A DNA stretch of 32,000 nucleotides from Candidatus Saccharimonadota bacterium (GCA_049942965.1 CP188088.1:60001-92000), one strand, 5' to 3'. Counted from the stretch's first letter, positions 11,483-24,282 are shown. The notes: generated by a model from the letters alone, not told the origin. Translations and numbers: made by a program.

Positions 11483-11992
11483 ATGTTAAATTCAGAAAAA
11501 TCTGTTTTAGGTGAACTAAAAGAAAAACTAATTTCTGTCAATCGAGTTTCTAAAACAGTAAAAGGAGGTAGGATTTTTTCTTTTACTGCTCTTACTGTAG
11601 TAGGAAATGGAGAAGGTCGAGTTGGATTTGGTTATGGAAAGGCAAGAGAAGTTCCCTCTGCTATTCAAAAGGCTATGGAAAAAGCTAAGAGAAACATGAT
11701 AAGAATTTATTTAAAAAATAAAACTTTATATCATTCTGTTAGAGGATATCATACAGGATCAATAATATTTATGAAACCAGCTTATGAAGGTACAGGAATT
11801 ATTGCAGGAGGAGCAATGAGAGCTGTGTTAGAAGTAGCAGGAATTCATAATGTTCTTGCAAAAACTTATGGTTCTACAAATCCGATAAATGTAGTTAGAG
11901 CAACTATAAAAGGTTTAGAAAGTATGAGTTCTCCTGAAATTGTTGCTGCTAAGAGGAATAAATCTGTTAGTGAAATTATAGGATCTATTTAA
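11483..11992 (+). CDS. rpsE: 30S ribosomal protein S5
   Basis: 169 aa. Conserved strings: [25 protein letters not shown] and [18 protein letters not shown]. Confidence 0.97.
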   Translation: MLNSEKSVLGELKEKLISVNRVSKTVKGGRIFSFTALTVVGNGEGRVGFGYGKAREVPSAIQKAMEKAKRNMIRIYLKNKTLYHSVRGYHTGSIIFMKPAYEGTGIIAGGAMRAVLEVAGIHNVLAKTYGSTNPINVVRATIKGLESMSSPEIVAAKRNKSVSEIIGSI

Positions 11993-11997
11993 ATTAT

Positions 11998-12183
11998 ATG
12001 TCTAAAAAATTAAAAATTACACAAATAAAAAGCTCTATAGGTAGATTACCTAAACATAAGTCTACTTTATTAGGATTAGGATTAAAGAGAATTGGTCATA
12101 CTGTTTACTGTTCTAACACTCCCTCTGTTAAAGGGATGATAAAAATGATTAATTATTTAATTAAAGTTAAGGAAGAAGAATAA
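11998..12183 (+). CDS. rpmD: 50S ribosomal protein L30
   Basis: 61 aa. [30 protein letters not shown] is collinear with E. coli L30. Confidence 0.94.
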   Translation: MSKKLKITQIKSSIGRLPKHKSTLLGLGLKRIGHTVYCSNTPSVKGMIKMINYLIKVKEEE

Positions 12184-12184
12184 A

Positions 12185-12643
12185 ATGATGTATTTAAACA
12201 GTTTATCTTCTAAATTAAGAAAAAATAAAAAAAAAAAAAGATTGGGTAGAGGAATTGGTTCTGGTTTTGGAAAAACCGCTGGAAGAGGTCATAAAGGTCA
12301 AAAATCTAGATCAGGTGGAAAAATAAGAAGAGGATTCGAAGGGGGTCAAACACCATTATATCGAAGAGTTCCAAAATTTGGATTTGTTTCTCGAAAAAAA
12401 AAATCATTTTCTGAAGTTTGTTTATCTCAATTAAAAGAAATAACTTGCAAAGAAATAGATTTATTAAAATTAAAAAAGTTAAATATTGTTAAAAATCATA
12501 TTAAACGTATAAAAATTATTCTTTCGGGAAGGATTAAAAATCCTATAATTTTCAGAAATGTTGGTGTAACTAAAGGGGTTAAAAAATTTATTGAATCTAT
12601 TGGTGGAAAAATTATTACAGATACATTGAGTGATAAACAATGA
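12185..12643 (+). CDS. rplO: 50S ribosomal protein L15
   Basis: 152 aa from ATG 12185, although the second ATG at 12188 aligns better to E. coli MRLNTLS. Conserved string: [25 protein letters not shown]. The TGA stop overlaps the secY ATG. The gene contains an A13 run at 12227-12239. Confidence 0.95.
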   Translation: MMYLNSLSSKLRKNKKKKRLGRGIGSGFGKTAGRGHKGQKSRSGGKIRRGFEGGQTPLYRRVPKFGFVSRKKKSFSEVCLSQLKEITCKEIDLLKLKKLNIVKNHIKRIKIILSGRIKNPIIFRNVGVTKGVKKFIESIGGKIITDTLSDKQ

Positions 12644-13968
12644 ATACATTATGGAAAAAAAAAACTAGTTATATGAATTTTGGTTTAATCGAATTACAAA
12701 AAAGATTTCTATTTTTGATTTTTTCGTTATTTATTTTTAGATTAGGTTCATTTATTCCTATACCTGGGATAAATACAATTGAATTATCTCGTTTAATTTA
12801 CCATCATCAGGGAACAATTATAGAGATGTTAAATATGTTCTCTGGAGGTTCATTAAGTCGTGCTTCAATTTTTTCTTTGGGAATTATGCCTTATATTTCA
12901 GCTTCTATTATAGTTCAATTATTATCGTTAATATATCCTAAATTAAAGGATTTAAAAAAAGAAGGAGAAATTGGAAAAATAAAAATTAATCAATTTATTA
13001 GATATACTACTTTAGTATTAGCTGTTTTACAATCTATTGGAATAATTTCAAGTTTTTCTAGAATATCTAATATTAATAGATTAGTAGTTGTTTCCACTTC
13101 TAGCTTTTATTTTTTTTCTATTTTTAGTTTAGTATCAGGAACTATGTTTTTAATGTGGTTGGGAGAGTTAATAACTAAACGAGGGATTGGAAATGGTGTT
13201 TCTATTATTATTTTTTCTGGAATTTTAGTAGGTTTTCCTTCTGCAATAGGAACAACTTTAGAAAAGTTTAGGACAGGTGAATTGAGTTTTTTATTGCTTT
13301 TTTGTATTTTATGTTTTGTTTTTTTTATTACTTTTTTAGTAGTTTTTATGGAAAAAAGTCAACGAAGAATTTTAGTTCAGTATGCTAGAAGACAACAAGG
13401 TAGAAGAATGTATTCTGCTCATACAAGTCATTTACCATTAAAAGTTAATATGTCTGGAGTTATGCCAGCAATTTTTTCATCTAGTATTATGTTATTTCCT
13501 ACGACTATAGCTTCTTGGTTTGGGGGAATTACAAAATTAAATTGGTTATTTTCTTTTGTTTTTCATATTCATCTTAGTAATTTATGCTATTTATTAATAT
13601 ATGCTTTTACAATTATTTTTTTTTGTTTCTTTTATACTGAACTAATGTTTAATTCTAGAGATACAGCAGAAAATTTAAAAAAATCTGGTGCTTTTATACC
13701 TGGAATTAGACCTGGAAAACAAACTGAAAAATTTATTAGAAAAATTATTATTAAATTAACTGTTATTGGTTCTGTTTACATTAGTCTTATTTGTTTAATT
13801 CCTGAAATACTTCGTAATTATGTAAATGTTCCATTTTATTTTGGAGGTACATCTTTATTAATAGTTGTAATTGTTATTATAGATTTTATTTCCCAAGTAC
13901 AAACAATTATGATGTCTAGTCAATACAATTCAGTATTAAAAAAATCAAATTTAAATTTTAAAAATTAA
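12640..13968 (+). CDS. secY: Protein translocase subunit SecY
   Basis: 442 aa, polytopic. Conserved strings: [45 protein letters not shown] and [12 protein letters not shown]. It sits in the canonical position in the spc operon. Confidence 0.97.
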   Translation: MNTLWKKKTSYMNFGLIELQKRFLFLIFSLFIFRLGSFIPIPGINTIELSRLIYHHQGTIIEMLNMFSGGSLSRASIFSLGIMPYISASIIVQLLSLIYPKLKDLKKEGEIGKIKINQFIRYTTLVLAVLQSIGIISSFSRISNINRLVVVSTSSFYFFSIFSLVSGTMFLMWLGELITKRGIGNGVSIIIFSGILVGFPSAIGTTLEKFRTGELSFLLLFCILCFVFFITFLVVFMEKSQRRILVQYARRQQGRRMYSAHTSHLPLKVNMSGVMPAIFSSSIMLFPTTIASWFGGITKLNWLFSFVFHIHLSNLCYLLIYAFTIIFFCFFYTELMFNSRDTAENLKKSGAFIPGIRPGKQTEKFIRKIIIKLTVIGSVYISLICLIPEILRNYVNVPFYFGGTSLLIVVIVIIDFISQVQTIMMSSQYNSVLKKSNLNFKN

Positions 13969-14003
13969 TTTAAAAAAAAACAAATTAGTCATAAGAGATA
14001 TAT

Positions 14004-14120
14004 ATGAAAGTAAGAGCTTCGGTAAAGAAAATGTGTCGTAATTGTAAAGTTGTAAGACGTAGAAATGTTATTAGAATAATTTGTAAAAGTGATTTTAAAC
14101 ATAAACAACGTCAAGGATAA
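14004..14120 (+). CDS. rpmJ: 50S ribosomal protein L36
   Basis: This gene is absent from the ORF track because it is too short. Hand translation from ATG 14004 to TAA 14118-14120 gives [38 protein letters not shown] (38 aa). That matches recalled E. coli L36, including the C-C-C-H ligands. Purine-rich AAGAGA lies just upstream. Confidence 0.93.
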   Translation: MKVRASVKKMCRNCKVVRRRNVIRIICKSDFKHKQRQG

Positions 14121-14188
14121 TTTTAAAATTGATGTTATAAAACATATGTTTTACTAAGAAAATAATTTTGTATATTTAAGGAAAAAAA

Positions 14189-14542
14189 ATGGCTCGTATT
14201 GCAGGAATAAATATTCCAGACAAACATACTGTTGTTGCTTTAACTCATATTTATGGAATTGGTAAGTCTCGTTCTAAAAAAATTTGTTTAATAACAGGAA
14301 TACCTGAAACTAAAAAAATTTCAAACTTAAATGAAAAGGATATTGAACTATTACGGGATGCTGTTTCTAAATTTGTTCTAGAAGGAGATTTAAGAAGGGA
14401 TGTAACTTTGAGTATAAAAAGATTGATAGATTTAGGATGTTATAGAGGAGTTAGGCATAGAAAAAGTTTACCTGTTCGAGGACAAAGAACTAAAACTAAT
14501 GCGAGAACTCGTAAAGGACCTAGAAAAGCAATAAAAAAATAA
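14189..14542 (+). CDS. rpsM: 30S ribosomal protein S13
   Basis: 117 aa. Conserved strings: [10 protein letters not shown] and [22 protein letters not shown] lies upstream. Confidence 0.97.
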   Translation: MARIAGINIPDKHTVVALTHIYGIGKSRSKKICLITGIPETKKISNLNEKDIELLRDAVSKFVLEGDLRRDVTLSIKRLIDLGCYRGVRHRKSLPVRGQRTKTNARTRKGPRKAIKK

Positions 14543-14557
14543 TTGAGGTATTTTTTA

Positions 14558-14950
14558 ATGAATAAAAAATTATTGATTCGTTCGAGAAAAAAAACAAAAA
14601 AACAAGTTTTGGATGGAATAGCACATATTCATGCTTCTTTCAATAATACTATTGTAAATATAACAGATCGTCAGGGAAATACTTTAGGATGGGCGACATC
14701 TGGAGGTTCTGGATTTAGAGGTTCTAGAAAATCCACTCCGTTTGCTGCTCAGGTAGCTGCCGAAAAATGTGCTGAAATAGTAAAAAGTTATGGGATTAAA
14801 AATTTAGAAGTCATGGTAAAAGGACCTGGTCCTGGAAGAGAATCAACGATTAGAGCGTTGAATGCAGCTGGTTTTCGTATTACTAATATTACAGATGTTA
14901 CCCCAATTCCACATAATGGATGTAGAGCTCCAAAAAGACGAAGAGTATAA
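14558..14950 (+). CDS. rpsK: 30S ribosomal protein S11
   Basis: Trimmed from TTG 14543 to ATG 14558, with GAGG 9 nt upstream. Conserved strings: [14 protein letters not shown] and [16 protein letters not shown]. Confidence 0.96.
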   Translation: MNKKLLIRSRKKTKKQVLDGIAHIHASFNNTIVNITDRQGNTLGWATSGGSGFRGSRKSTPFAAQVAAEKCAEIVKSYGIKNLEVMVKGPGPGRESTIRALNAAGFRITNITDVTPIPHNGCRAPKRRRV

Positions 14951-14997
14951 AATATAATAAATAGATGTTGTTATTAAATAATGTAGGAAATAAAATT

Positions 14998-15618
14998 ATG
15001 GCTAGATATTTAGGTCCTAAACTAAAATTAAGTAGAAGAGAAGGAACAGATTTATTTTTAAAATCTGGTTTTCGTTCGATTGAATCTAAGTGTAATATTG
15101 ATCATTTTCCAGGACAACATGGAATACGTAAACCTAGATTGTCTGATTATGCAATTCAGTTAAGAGAAAAACAAAAAGTTCGTCGTTTATATGGAATTTT
15201 AGAAAGACAATTTAGAAATTATTATAAAAATGCTTTAAGTTCAAAAGGAAATACTGGAGAACGATTATTGCAGTTTTTAGAAACTAGATTAGATAATGTT
15301 GTATACAGAATTGGATTTGGTTCGACTCGTTCGGAATCTCGTCAGTTGATTTCTCATAAGTCCATATTAGTGAATAAAAAAGTAGTTAATATACCTTCAT
15401 ATCAGTTGTCTAAAAATGATTTAGTAGAAATTAATTTAAAGTCTAAAGATCAACTTCGTATAAAAGCAGCTTTAGAACTGTCTGAAGGAAGAGAAAAACC
15501 AGCATGGTTAGATATAAATTCGAAAAATATGATGGGAAGTTTAATTAGAATTCCTGATCGTTCTGACATTTCTTCAGAAATTAATGAGCATTTAATTATT
15601 GAATTTTATTCAAAATAG
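14998..15618 (+). CDS. rpsD: 30S ribosomal protein S4
   Basis: Trimmed from 14965 to ATG 14998, where [20 protein letters not shown] matches the S4 N-terminus. 206 aa, as in E. coli. Confidence 0.97.
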   Translation: MARYLGPKLKLSRREGTDLFLKSGFRSIESKCNIDHFPGQHGIRKPRLSDYAIQLREKQKVRRLYGILERQFRNYYKNALSSKGNTGERLLQFLETRLDNVVYRIGFGSTRSESRQLISHKSILVNKKVVNIPSYQLSKNDLVEINLKSKDQLRIKAALELSEGREKPAWLDINSKNMMGSLIRIPDRSDISSEINEHLIIEFYSK

Positions 15619-15653
15619 TATTATTTTTTTGATATTTAGGAGAAGAAATATTC

Positions 15654-16646
15654 ATGAATGTTTCTATTGTAAATGATTTTTTAAAACCAAAATTAGTAGA
15701 GATAGAACAACTAGATTTGTGGCATGCTAAGGTTACTCTAGAACCATTAGAAAGAGGTTTTGGACATACCTTAGGAAATGCTTTACGTCGTATTCTTTTA
15801 TCATCTATGCCAGGTTTTGCTGTTACTGAAGTAGAAATAGAAGGAGTTCTTCATGAATATAGTAATAAAGAAGGAATACGGGAAGACATAATTGAAATAT
15901 TATTAAATTTAAAAAAGTTAGTTGTTCGTTTAGAAGGAAAGGAAGAAACAGTAGTTAAGATTGACAAATCAGGAATAGGTGTTGTAAAAGCTTCTGATAT
16001 AAAGCATGATTTTAACGTTTCTATAATTAATCCAGAACATATTATATGTCATTTAACTGATCCGAATTCCTCTATTAAAATGAGAATAAGAATACAGAGT
16101 GGAAGAGGTTACGTACCTGCTATATCTAGAGCAAAAATAGAGGAAAACGGAAAGACAATTGGAAAACTAATATTAGATGCGTGTTTTAGTCCCATAGAAA
16201 AAATTTCTTATACGGTTGAATCAGCTAGAGTTGCTCAACGAACGGATTTAGATAAATTAATCATAGAAATGAAAACGAATGGTTCAATAGAACCTGATGA
16301 AGCTATCCGAAGAGCTGCAACAATATTATCGGAACAATTAGTTGCTTTTGTTGATTTAAAAGATCTAGAAGAACCAGTAAAAAAAGAAGACAAACCTGAA
16401 TTTGATCCTGTTTTATTACGATTAGTAGATGATTTAGAATTAACTGTTAGATCTGCAAATTGTTTGAAAACAGAATCTATACATTATATAGGAGATTTAG
16501 TTCAAAAAACAGAAGTGGAATTATTAAAAACTCCTAATTTAGGTAAAAAATCTTTAACAGAGATAAAAGATGTTTTAGCAGCAAGAAATTTATCATTAGG
16601 TACGCGTTTAGAAAATTGGCCTCCTGCACAAATTTTAGAAGAATAA
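15654..16646 (+). CDS. rpoA: DNA-directed RNA polymerase subunit alpha
   Basis: 330 aa. Conserved N-terminal string: [26 protein letters not shown]. The C-terminal domain carries [12 protein letters not shown] and [16 protein letters not shown]. Confidence 0.98.
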   Translation: MNVSIVNDFLKPKLVEIEQLDLWHAKVTLEPLERGFGHTLGNALRRILLSSMPGFAVTEVEIEGVLHEYSNKEGIREDIIEILLNLKKLVVRLEGKEETVVKIDKSGIGVVKASDIKHDFNVSIINPEHIICHLTDPNSSIKMRIRIQSGRGYVPAISRAKIEENGKTIGKLILDACFSPIEKISYTVESARVAQRTDLDKLIIEMKTNGSIEPDEAIRRAATILSEQLVAFVDLKDLEEPVKKEDKPEFDPVLLRLVDDLELTVRSANCLKTESIHYIGDLVQKTEVELLKTPNLGKKSLTEIKDVLAARNLSLGTRLENWPPAQILEE

Positions 16647-16695
16647 TTTTTTTTATAACAAAATTTTTAGATATTAACAAAAAAAAAGGTATTTT

Positions 16696-17073
16696 ATGCG
16701 ACATAAAAAGAGTGGACGTCGTTTAAATAGAAATCGTAGTCATTTTAAATCCATGTTCAGAAATATGGTATGCTCTTTGTTATTTCATGAAATTATTAAA
16801 ACTACTTTACTTAAATCTAAAGAATTACGATCTTGGATCGAGCCTTTAATTACTATTGCTAAAGTTGATACGATACATCGTCGTAGGATAGTTTTTTCTA
16901 GAATTAGAAATAATGAAATAGTAAATAAGCTGTTTAATGAAATTGGACCAAAATATTTATCTCGTTCAGGAGGATATACTAGAATACTAAAATGTGGTTT
17001 TAGATCAGGTGATAGATCTCCCATGGCATATATAGAGCTAGTAGATCGGAATCGATTGGTTGTTAAAAAATAA
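16696..17073 (+). CDS. rplQ: 50S ribosomal protein L17
   Basis: 125 aa. Conserved strings: [13 protein letters not shown] and [25 protein letters not shown]. Confidence 0.97.
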   Translation: MRHKKSGRRLNRNRSHFKSMFRNMVCSLLFHEIIKTTLLKSKELRSWIEPLITIAKVDTIHRRRIVFSRIRNNEIVNKLFNEIGPKYLSRSGGYTRILKCGFRSGDRSPMAYIELVDRNRLVVKK

Positions 17074-17078
17074 TATTT

Positions 17079-17106
17079 CACTAGGAGGTTTTAGTGTTTT
17101 TTTTTT
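17079..17106 (+). terminator. Candidate terminator of the alpha operon
   Basis: cacta (17079-17083) pairs with tagtg (17092-17096) around an 8-nt loop, followed by T10 (17097-17106). The stem is short and the T run is long. Confidence 0.35.
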
Positions 17107-17144
17107 AACAAATAGTTATTTTTTAAATATCGTTTTGTTATTTG

Positions 17145-17196
17145 ATTTCTTTTTGTAACTAATTAATTAAATTTTTAAAAAGTTACAAAAAGAAAT
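17145..17196. terminator. Perfect 16-bp inverted repeat between the convergent rplQ and fmt genes; a possible bidirectional terminator
   Basis: atttctttttgtaact (17145-17160) pairs with agttacaaaaagaaat (17181-17196) around a 20-nt loop. There is no adjacent U-run on either strand. Confidence 0.4.
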
Positions 17197-17225
17197 GATT
17201 AAATTCAAATAATTTTTTAAACAAA

Positions 17226-18185
17226 TTATTTTAATATTAAACCTAAATAGAACAAATTGTTATTTGAATTAATTAAATCAGATATAGTTATAATTTTTTT
17301 TCCAGGCATTTGTATCTTTTCTATTTTTAGAATATTTTTAGATGTTTGAATTTGTATTCCATCTTTTTTTATCGAAATAATTGATCCGATATTTTTACGT
17401 TCTTGATTTTTTGGTTTTTTTTCAATTATTACAGAAGATTGAAAAACTTTAATATGCATTTGATTTATTACAAAATAACTAGTTGGCCAGGGAATATAAG
17501 CCCTAATTTTTCTATTTATTTCTTGAGCTGTAAGTAACCAATTGATTTTTCCATCTATTTTTTTTATTTTTTTGCAATAAGTAGCAAATGAATGATTTTG
17601 CTTAGTTAAAACATGTTCTTTTTTTTTTATTTTTTTTAAAGTTGATATTAATAATTTACATCCAATGTTTTCCAATTTTTTGGTTAAACTTAAAGTAGTT
17701 TCATTATTATTAATTTTTTGTTCTTCGTTACAAAAAATATCTCCTTCATCCATTTTGTCATTTATTGAAATAATGCTAATTCCGGTTTTCTTGTCTCCTG
17801 AAAGTATTGATTGTTGGATTGGGGAAGCACCTCTCCATCTTGGAAGCAATGATGCATGAACATTAATTCCTCCTAAAGGAAAAATTTTAATTATCCTTTT
17901 TTTTAAAATTATTCCATAGGAAACTATTATTAATATGTCAGGATTTAAATTTTTTAATATTTGTATAGTTTTTTTTAGTTCTTCTTTTTCAAATTTTTTT
18001 GGTTGTAAAATTGGTATAGACATTTTCTTAGCTAAAATTTTCACTGGGGAAGATTTTTTTTTTTTTTTTCTATTTAATGGTTGATCTGGTTTGGTTAGAA
18101 CAGCTACAATATTATATTTTTTTTGTAATAATTTTTTTAGATGTTTTGCAGCAAATTCAGGTGTCCCTGCAAAGATTATTTTCAT
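17226..18185 (-). CDS. fmt: Methionyl-tRNA formyltransferase
   Basis: 319 aa. Conserved strings: IIFAGTPEFA and HASLLPRWRGASPIQ, collinear with E. coli Fmt. The gene contains an A16 run (plus-strand T16, 18054-18069). Confidence 0.95.
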   Translation of the reverse strand: MKIIFAGTPEFAAKHLKKLLQKKYNIVAVLTKPDQPLNRKKKKKSSPVKILAKKMSIPILQPKKFEKEELKKTIQILKNLNPDILIIVSYGIILKKRIIKIFPLGGINVHASLLPRWRGASPIQQSILSGDKKTGISIISINDKMDEGDIFCNEEQKINNNETTLSLTKKLENIGCKLLISTLKKIKKKEHVLTKQNHSFATYCKKIKKIDGKINWLLTAQEINRKIRAYIPWPTSYFVINQMHIKVFQSSVIIEKKPKNQERKNIGSIISIKKDGIQIQTSKNILKIEKIQMPGKKIITISDLINSNNNLFYLGLILK

Positions 18186-18196
18186 TTTATTTTTTA

Positions 18197-18703
18197 TTAT
18201 ATTTTGTATTTAAGTTTATTTATTTTTAATATTTTTTTTTTTATTCTTTCTTTTTTAAAATTTGATAAATAGTCTATAAATAGTTTTCCGTTTAAATGAT
18301 CAATTTCATGTTGTATGCATATAGATAACAATGATTGAGCAGAAATTTCTATTTTTTTTCCTAAAATATTTAACGCTTCTATTTTTATAAAGTTATTTCT
18401 TTTTATTTTTGCTCTTTGGTTAGGAATAGATAAACATCCTTCTTCTAGATAAGAAGATTCTAATGATTGATCTATTATTTTTGGATTTATCAATACTATT
18501 TCTTTCTTTTTTTTTAAATTTATTGTTATAATTTCAAGATTTATACCTACTTGTGGAGCTGCAAGACCAATTCCTTCGTTGAAATACATAGTCTCAAACA
18601 TATCTGAAATTAATTTTTTGATTTCTTTATCTATTTTTTTTACAGGTTTAGAAAGAGTTCTAAGACGATTATCTGGATAATATATTAAATTTAAGATCGA
18701 CAT
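18197..18703 (-). CDS. def: Peptide deformylase
   Basis: 168 aa. All three PDF motifs are present: GIGLAAPQ, EGCLS and HEIDH. The gene lies 11 nt upstream of fmt, matching the E. coli def-fmt operon. Confidence 0.96.
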   Translation of the reverse strand: MSILNLIYYPDNRLRTLSKPVKKIDKEIKKLISDMFETMYFNEGIGLAAPQVGINLEIITINLKKKKEIVLINPKIIDQSLESSYLEEGCLSIPNQRAKIKRNNFIKIEALNILGKKIEISAQSLLSICIQHEIDHLNGKLFIDYLSNFKKERIKKKILKINKLKYKI

Positions 18704-19019
18704 AGTTTTATTTGAGAGATATTTTTAAATATATTTAAAATATTGATAATTTATTATAAACATTTTTAATATAATTAATAAAGAACTGTTTGAATTTTCC
18801 AATTAATTAAAAAAATTTTTAATTTTCAAACTACTTTGTAGTAAATATTTTATTTTCAAGGTTTTTTTGTTGTTAAGATTATTTTTAATTTATTAAAAAA
18901 ATTTTTTTACACTACATTTATTAATCATAAATTAAGTTTATGAATTAAATTTCAAATCAAATTTGAATATTTAAAAATAATATTATTGCTAGGTTAGTAA
19001 TTGAGGTTGATTTTGACTA

Positions 19020-19601
19020 GTGAAAGAAAAATCCAACGTATTTAAATATTATTCATTGATTTCTTGTATTGAAAAATTATTTGAAAAAGAAGTCATTACA
19101 TATCCTACAGAATCTGTTTTTGCTTTTGGCTGTGATCCTAACAGTTATTTATCTGTTTTAAAATTATTAAAAATAAAAAAAAGAACTAAACATAAAGGTT
19201 TTGTTTTGGTTGCTTCTACATATAATCAAATTGAACCATATATTTTAGAAAAAGAAATATGCTATATAAAAAAAAAAACATTATTTTTTCATTGGCCTGG
19301 TAATACAACGTTTTTATTTCCAGCTAGATCAAATGTACCTAAATGGATAACTGGAGGTTCTTCTTTTATTGCATTTAGAATTAGTAATCATTATTTAGTT
19401 CAAAGATTATGTAATGGTTTTGGAAGACCAATTATTTCTACTAGTGCTAATATTTCTAATTTTTCACCTTGTAGAAATAAATCAGAGTTGTACAACCAAT
19501 TTGGTTCGAAAATAATTTTTTTAGATGGAAAATTAGGTTCATATAGTAGACCTTCTAAAATTTTAAATATTATTACTGGAGAAATAATTAGAGATGGATA
19601 A
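19020..19601 (+). CDS. tsaC: Threonylcarbamoyl-AMP synthase (t6A biosynthesis, YrdC/Sua5 family)
   Basis: 193 aa. The start is GTG, the first start after the in-frame TGA at 19014-19016. Conserved strings: YPTESVFAFGCDP and ISTSANIS, collinear with E. coli TsaC. It overlaps aroE by 8 nt. Confidence 0.9.
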   Translation: MKEKSNVFKYYSLISCIEKLFEKEVITYPTESVFAFGCDPNSYLSVLKLLKIKKRTKHKGFVLVASTYNQIEPYILEKEICYIKKKTLFFHWPGNTTFLFPARSNVPKWITGGSSFIAFRISNHYLVQRLCNGFGRPIISTSANISNFSPCRNKSELYNQFGSKIIFLDGKLGSYSRPSKILNIITGEIIRDG

Positions 19602-20433
19602 TAATATTGTTGATTTTGCAGTTTTTGGAAATCCTATATCTCATTCTAAATCACCAATTATTCATGATATTTTTTCTAAGAATCATAATATTAATAAAAA
19701 CTATACTTCATTCTTAGTTTGTGAAAAAAATTTTTTTTCTATTTTAGATTCTTTTTTTGAAAATTTTGGAAAAGGAGCTAATGTTACTGCTCCGTTTAAA
19801 GAACATGCATTTATTTATTCAGATTTTATTACTAGAAATGCTAAAATATCCGGTTCAGTAAATACTTTTAAAAAATTAGAAAACGGGAAAATTTTAGGAG
19901 ATAATACTGATGGAATAGGATTATTATATGATTTAAAGCGAATTAAATTTTTAAAAAAAAAATGTAACATTTTATTGTTAGGTGCTGGTGGGGTTGTTAG
20001 AGGAATATTAGAACCTTTATTGTCTTTAAAAAATTCTATTTATATTTTAAATAGAACCACACAAAAATCAGAAAAGCTGAAAGTTCAATTTTCAAAATAT
20101 GGTTCAATTGAGATATTAAATAAAGAAAACAAAAAAAATATTATTTTTGATTTAGTAATTAATGCTACTCCTTTAGGAAGCATAAAAGATTTTTCTAGTT
20201 TGTTGAATGATGTAATTCATCCAAATATTAATTGTTATGATATTTGTTATCAACTAGAAAGTTTAACTCCTTTTTTATTTTTTTGTAAAAAAAGATTTGT
20301 AAACAGTTGTTATGATGGAATTGGAATGTTAGTAGCTCAAGCAGCCTATTCATTTCTTTTGTGGCATGGTATTTTACCTGAAATAGATTCAGTTATATCA
20401 ACTTTAAAAAAAGAACATAAAAAAAATATATAA
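19594..20433 (+). CDS. aroE: Shikimate dehydrogenase
   Basis: 279 aa. Conserved strings: FGNPISHSKSP, GANVTAPFK, GDNTDG and GAGG. Collinear with E. coli AroE. Confidence 0.94.
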   Translation: MDNNIVDFAVFGNPISHSKSPIIHDIFSKNHNINKNYTSFLVCEKNFFSILDSFFENFGKGANVTAPFKEHAFIYSDFITRNAKISGSVNTFKKLENGKILGDNTDGIGLLYDLKRIKFLKKKCNILLLGAGGVVRGILEPLLSLKNSIYILNRTTQKSEKLKVQFSKYGSIEILNKENKKNIIFDLVINATPLGSIKDFSSLLNDVIHPNINCYDICYQLESLTPFLFFCKKRFVNSCYDGIGMLVAQAAYSFLLWHGILPEIDSVISTLKKEHKKNI

Positions 20434-20463
20434 CATTAGGTGTTTTTTAATTTAAAAAAATGC

Positions 20464-20491
20464 TTGACTCTTTAATTTCGTTCTGTAAAAT
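20464..20491 (+). promoter_or_regulatory. Candidate sigma70 promoter of the tRNA-Glu/23S/5S unit
   Basis: TTGACT (20464-20469), 16 nt, TAAAAT (20486-20491). An A-tract at 20446-20460 sits where an UP element would be. The promoter is about 25 nt upstream of the tRNA and 30 nt after the aroE stop. Confidence 0.5.
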
Positions 20492-20516
20492 GAAATTAAA
20501 ATTTGTTTTGTACATC

Positions 20517-20588
20517 GTCCCCTTCGTCTAGTGGTTAGGACATCGCCCTTTCACGGCGGCAACAGGGGTTCAAATCCCCTAGGGGACA
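20517..20588 (+). tRNA. tRNA-Glu (anticodon UUC); 3' CCA not encoded
   Basis: gtccccttcgtctagtggttaggacatcgccctttcacggcggcaacaggggttcaaatcccctaggggaca is collinear with recalled E. coli tRNA-Glu. The anticodon loop is cTTTCAc. The acceptor stem pairs gtcccct with aggggac. The 3' flank reads aaa rather than cca. Confidence 0.95.
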
Positions 20589-20688
20589 AAATTCTATAAT
20601 TTCGTTTTTTTAATTATAATCTATATACTATTTATTTTTTTTGTGTTATGATGTTTCTTTAAAGTTTTTATTTTTTTGAATTTTATAC

Positions 20689-20702
20689 AGCTCTTTAAAA
20701 AT
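20689..20702 (+). promoter_or_regulatory. boxA-like rRNA antitermination element in the tRNA-23S spacer
   Basis: agCTCTTTAAaaat compares with the recalled E. coli rrn boxA TGCTCTTTAACAA, and the GCTCTTTAA core is identical. Its position just upstream of the 23S processing stem matches the spacer boxA of E. coli rrn operons. Confidence 0.5.
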
Positions 20703-20768
20703 TTGGTAACAAGATATTTTAATTTTTCTTTATTAAAATATATTTGTATAGACATCTGTGGGTTGCAA
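20703..20768 (+). other. 5' arm of the extended 23S precursor (RNase III-type) processing helix
   Basis: Hand reverse-complementing 23757-23822 shows several paired blocks. ttggtaacaagat pairs with atcttgttgaccaa (1 bulge). aaaatatattt pairs with aaatatatttt. agacatct pairs with agatgtct. ttgcaaagttaagc pairs with gcttaactttgcaa. Confidence 0.7.
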
Positions 20769-23768
<3,000 letters not shown>

Positions 23769-23822
23769 GCAACACCAGAGATGTCTAAAAAAATATATTT
23801 TTTAAAAAATCTTGTTGACCAA
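23769..23822 (+). other. 3' arm of the 23S precursor processing helix, within the 23S-5S spacer
   Basis: Complementary to 20703-20768; see the 5' arm entry for the paired blocks. Confidence 0.7.
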
Positions 23823-23849
23823 AAATAATAATAGATATATAATTAATTT

Positions 23850-23969
23850 TGCCTGGTAAAAATAGTAATTTGGTACCACCTGAATCCATATCGAACTCAG
23901 AAGTGAAACATTTTAACGCCGATGGTAGTGCAGGGTCTCCCTGTGTGAGAGTAGGAAATTGCCAGGCTA
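23850..23969 (+). rRNA. rrf: 5S ribosomal RNA
   Basis: 120 nt from tgcctggtaa to gccaggcta, collinear with recalled E. coli 5S. Conserved blocks: CCGAACTCAGAAGTGAAAC-type, GCCGATGGTAGTG and GAGAGTAGG. Confidence 0.95.
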
Positions 23970-24282
23970 AAAAACTTTCCTAGATAAAAAATCCATTCTT
24001 TTAATATTTCAAAGAAAAATCATCTTTTTATAAAAAAAAAATAATATTTTATTTAAAATATGTACTTTTCTAAATAAAAAATAGTAAATTAAATTTATTT
24101 TTTAAAATTAAATTTTTTTAAATAATTGTTTTAATATAAAAAATATGATAGTTTTAAAAATATTTCTATTTTTTAAAAAATTAATTATTTAACAAAAAAT
24201 TAATAATTTATTTATTATTATTTATATTTAATTTTTTTATAGTTTTTTGTTATATTTTATTCTCCATGTAAAGGTAATATAG

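Noticed and set aside
14138-14153. A perfect 16-nt palindrome, taaaacatatgtttta, between rpmJ and rpsM. It could be an spc terminator or an alpha-operon leader element.
   Set aside because: As a hairpin it gives only a 6-bp A/T stem with no U-run. Short A/T palindromes are expected by chance at this base composition. It does not resemble the S4-binding pseudoknot closely enough to call.
23970-24282. The 313-bp region downstream of the 5S, searched for an rrn terminator, an extra tRNA or a small RNA.
   Set aside because: The region is nearly pure A/T. There is no cloverleaf-capable segment and no GC-containing stem. Only trivial A/T pairings are present, for example aaaga/tcttt near 24020.
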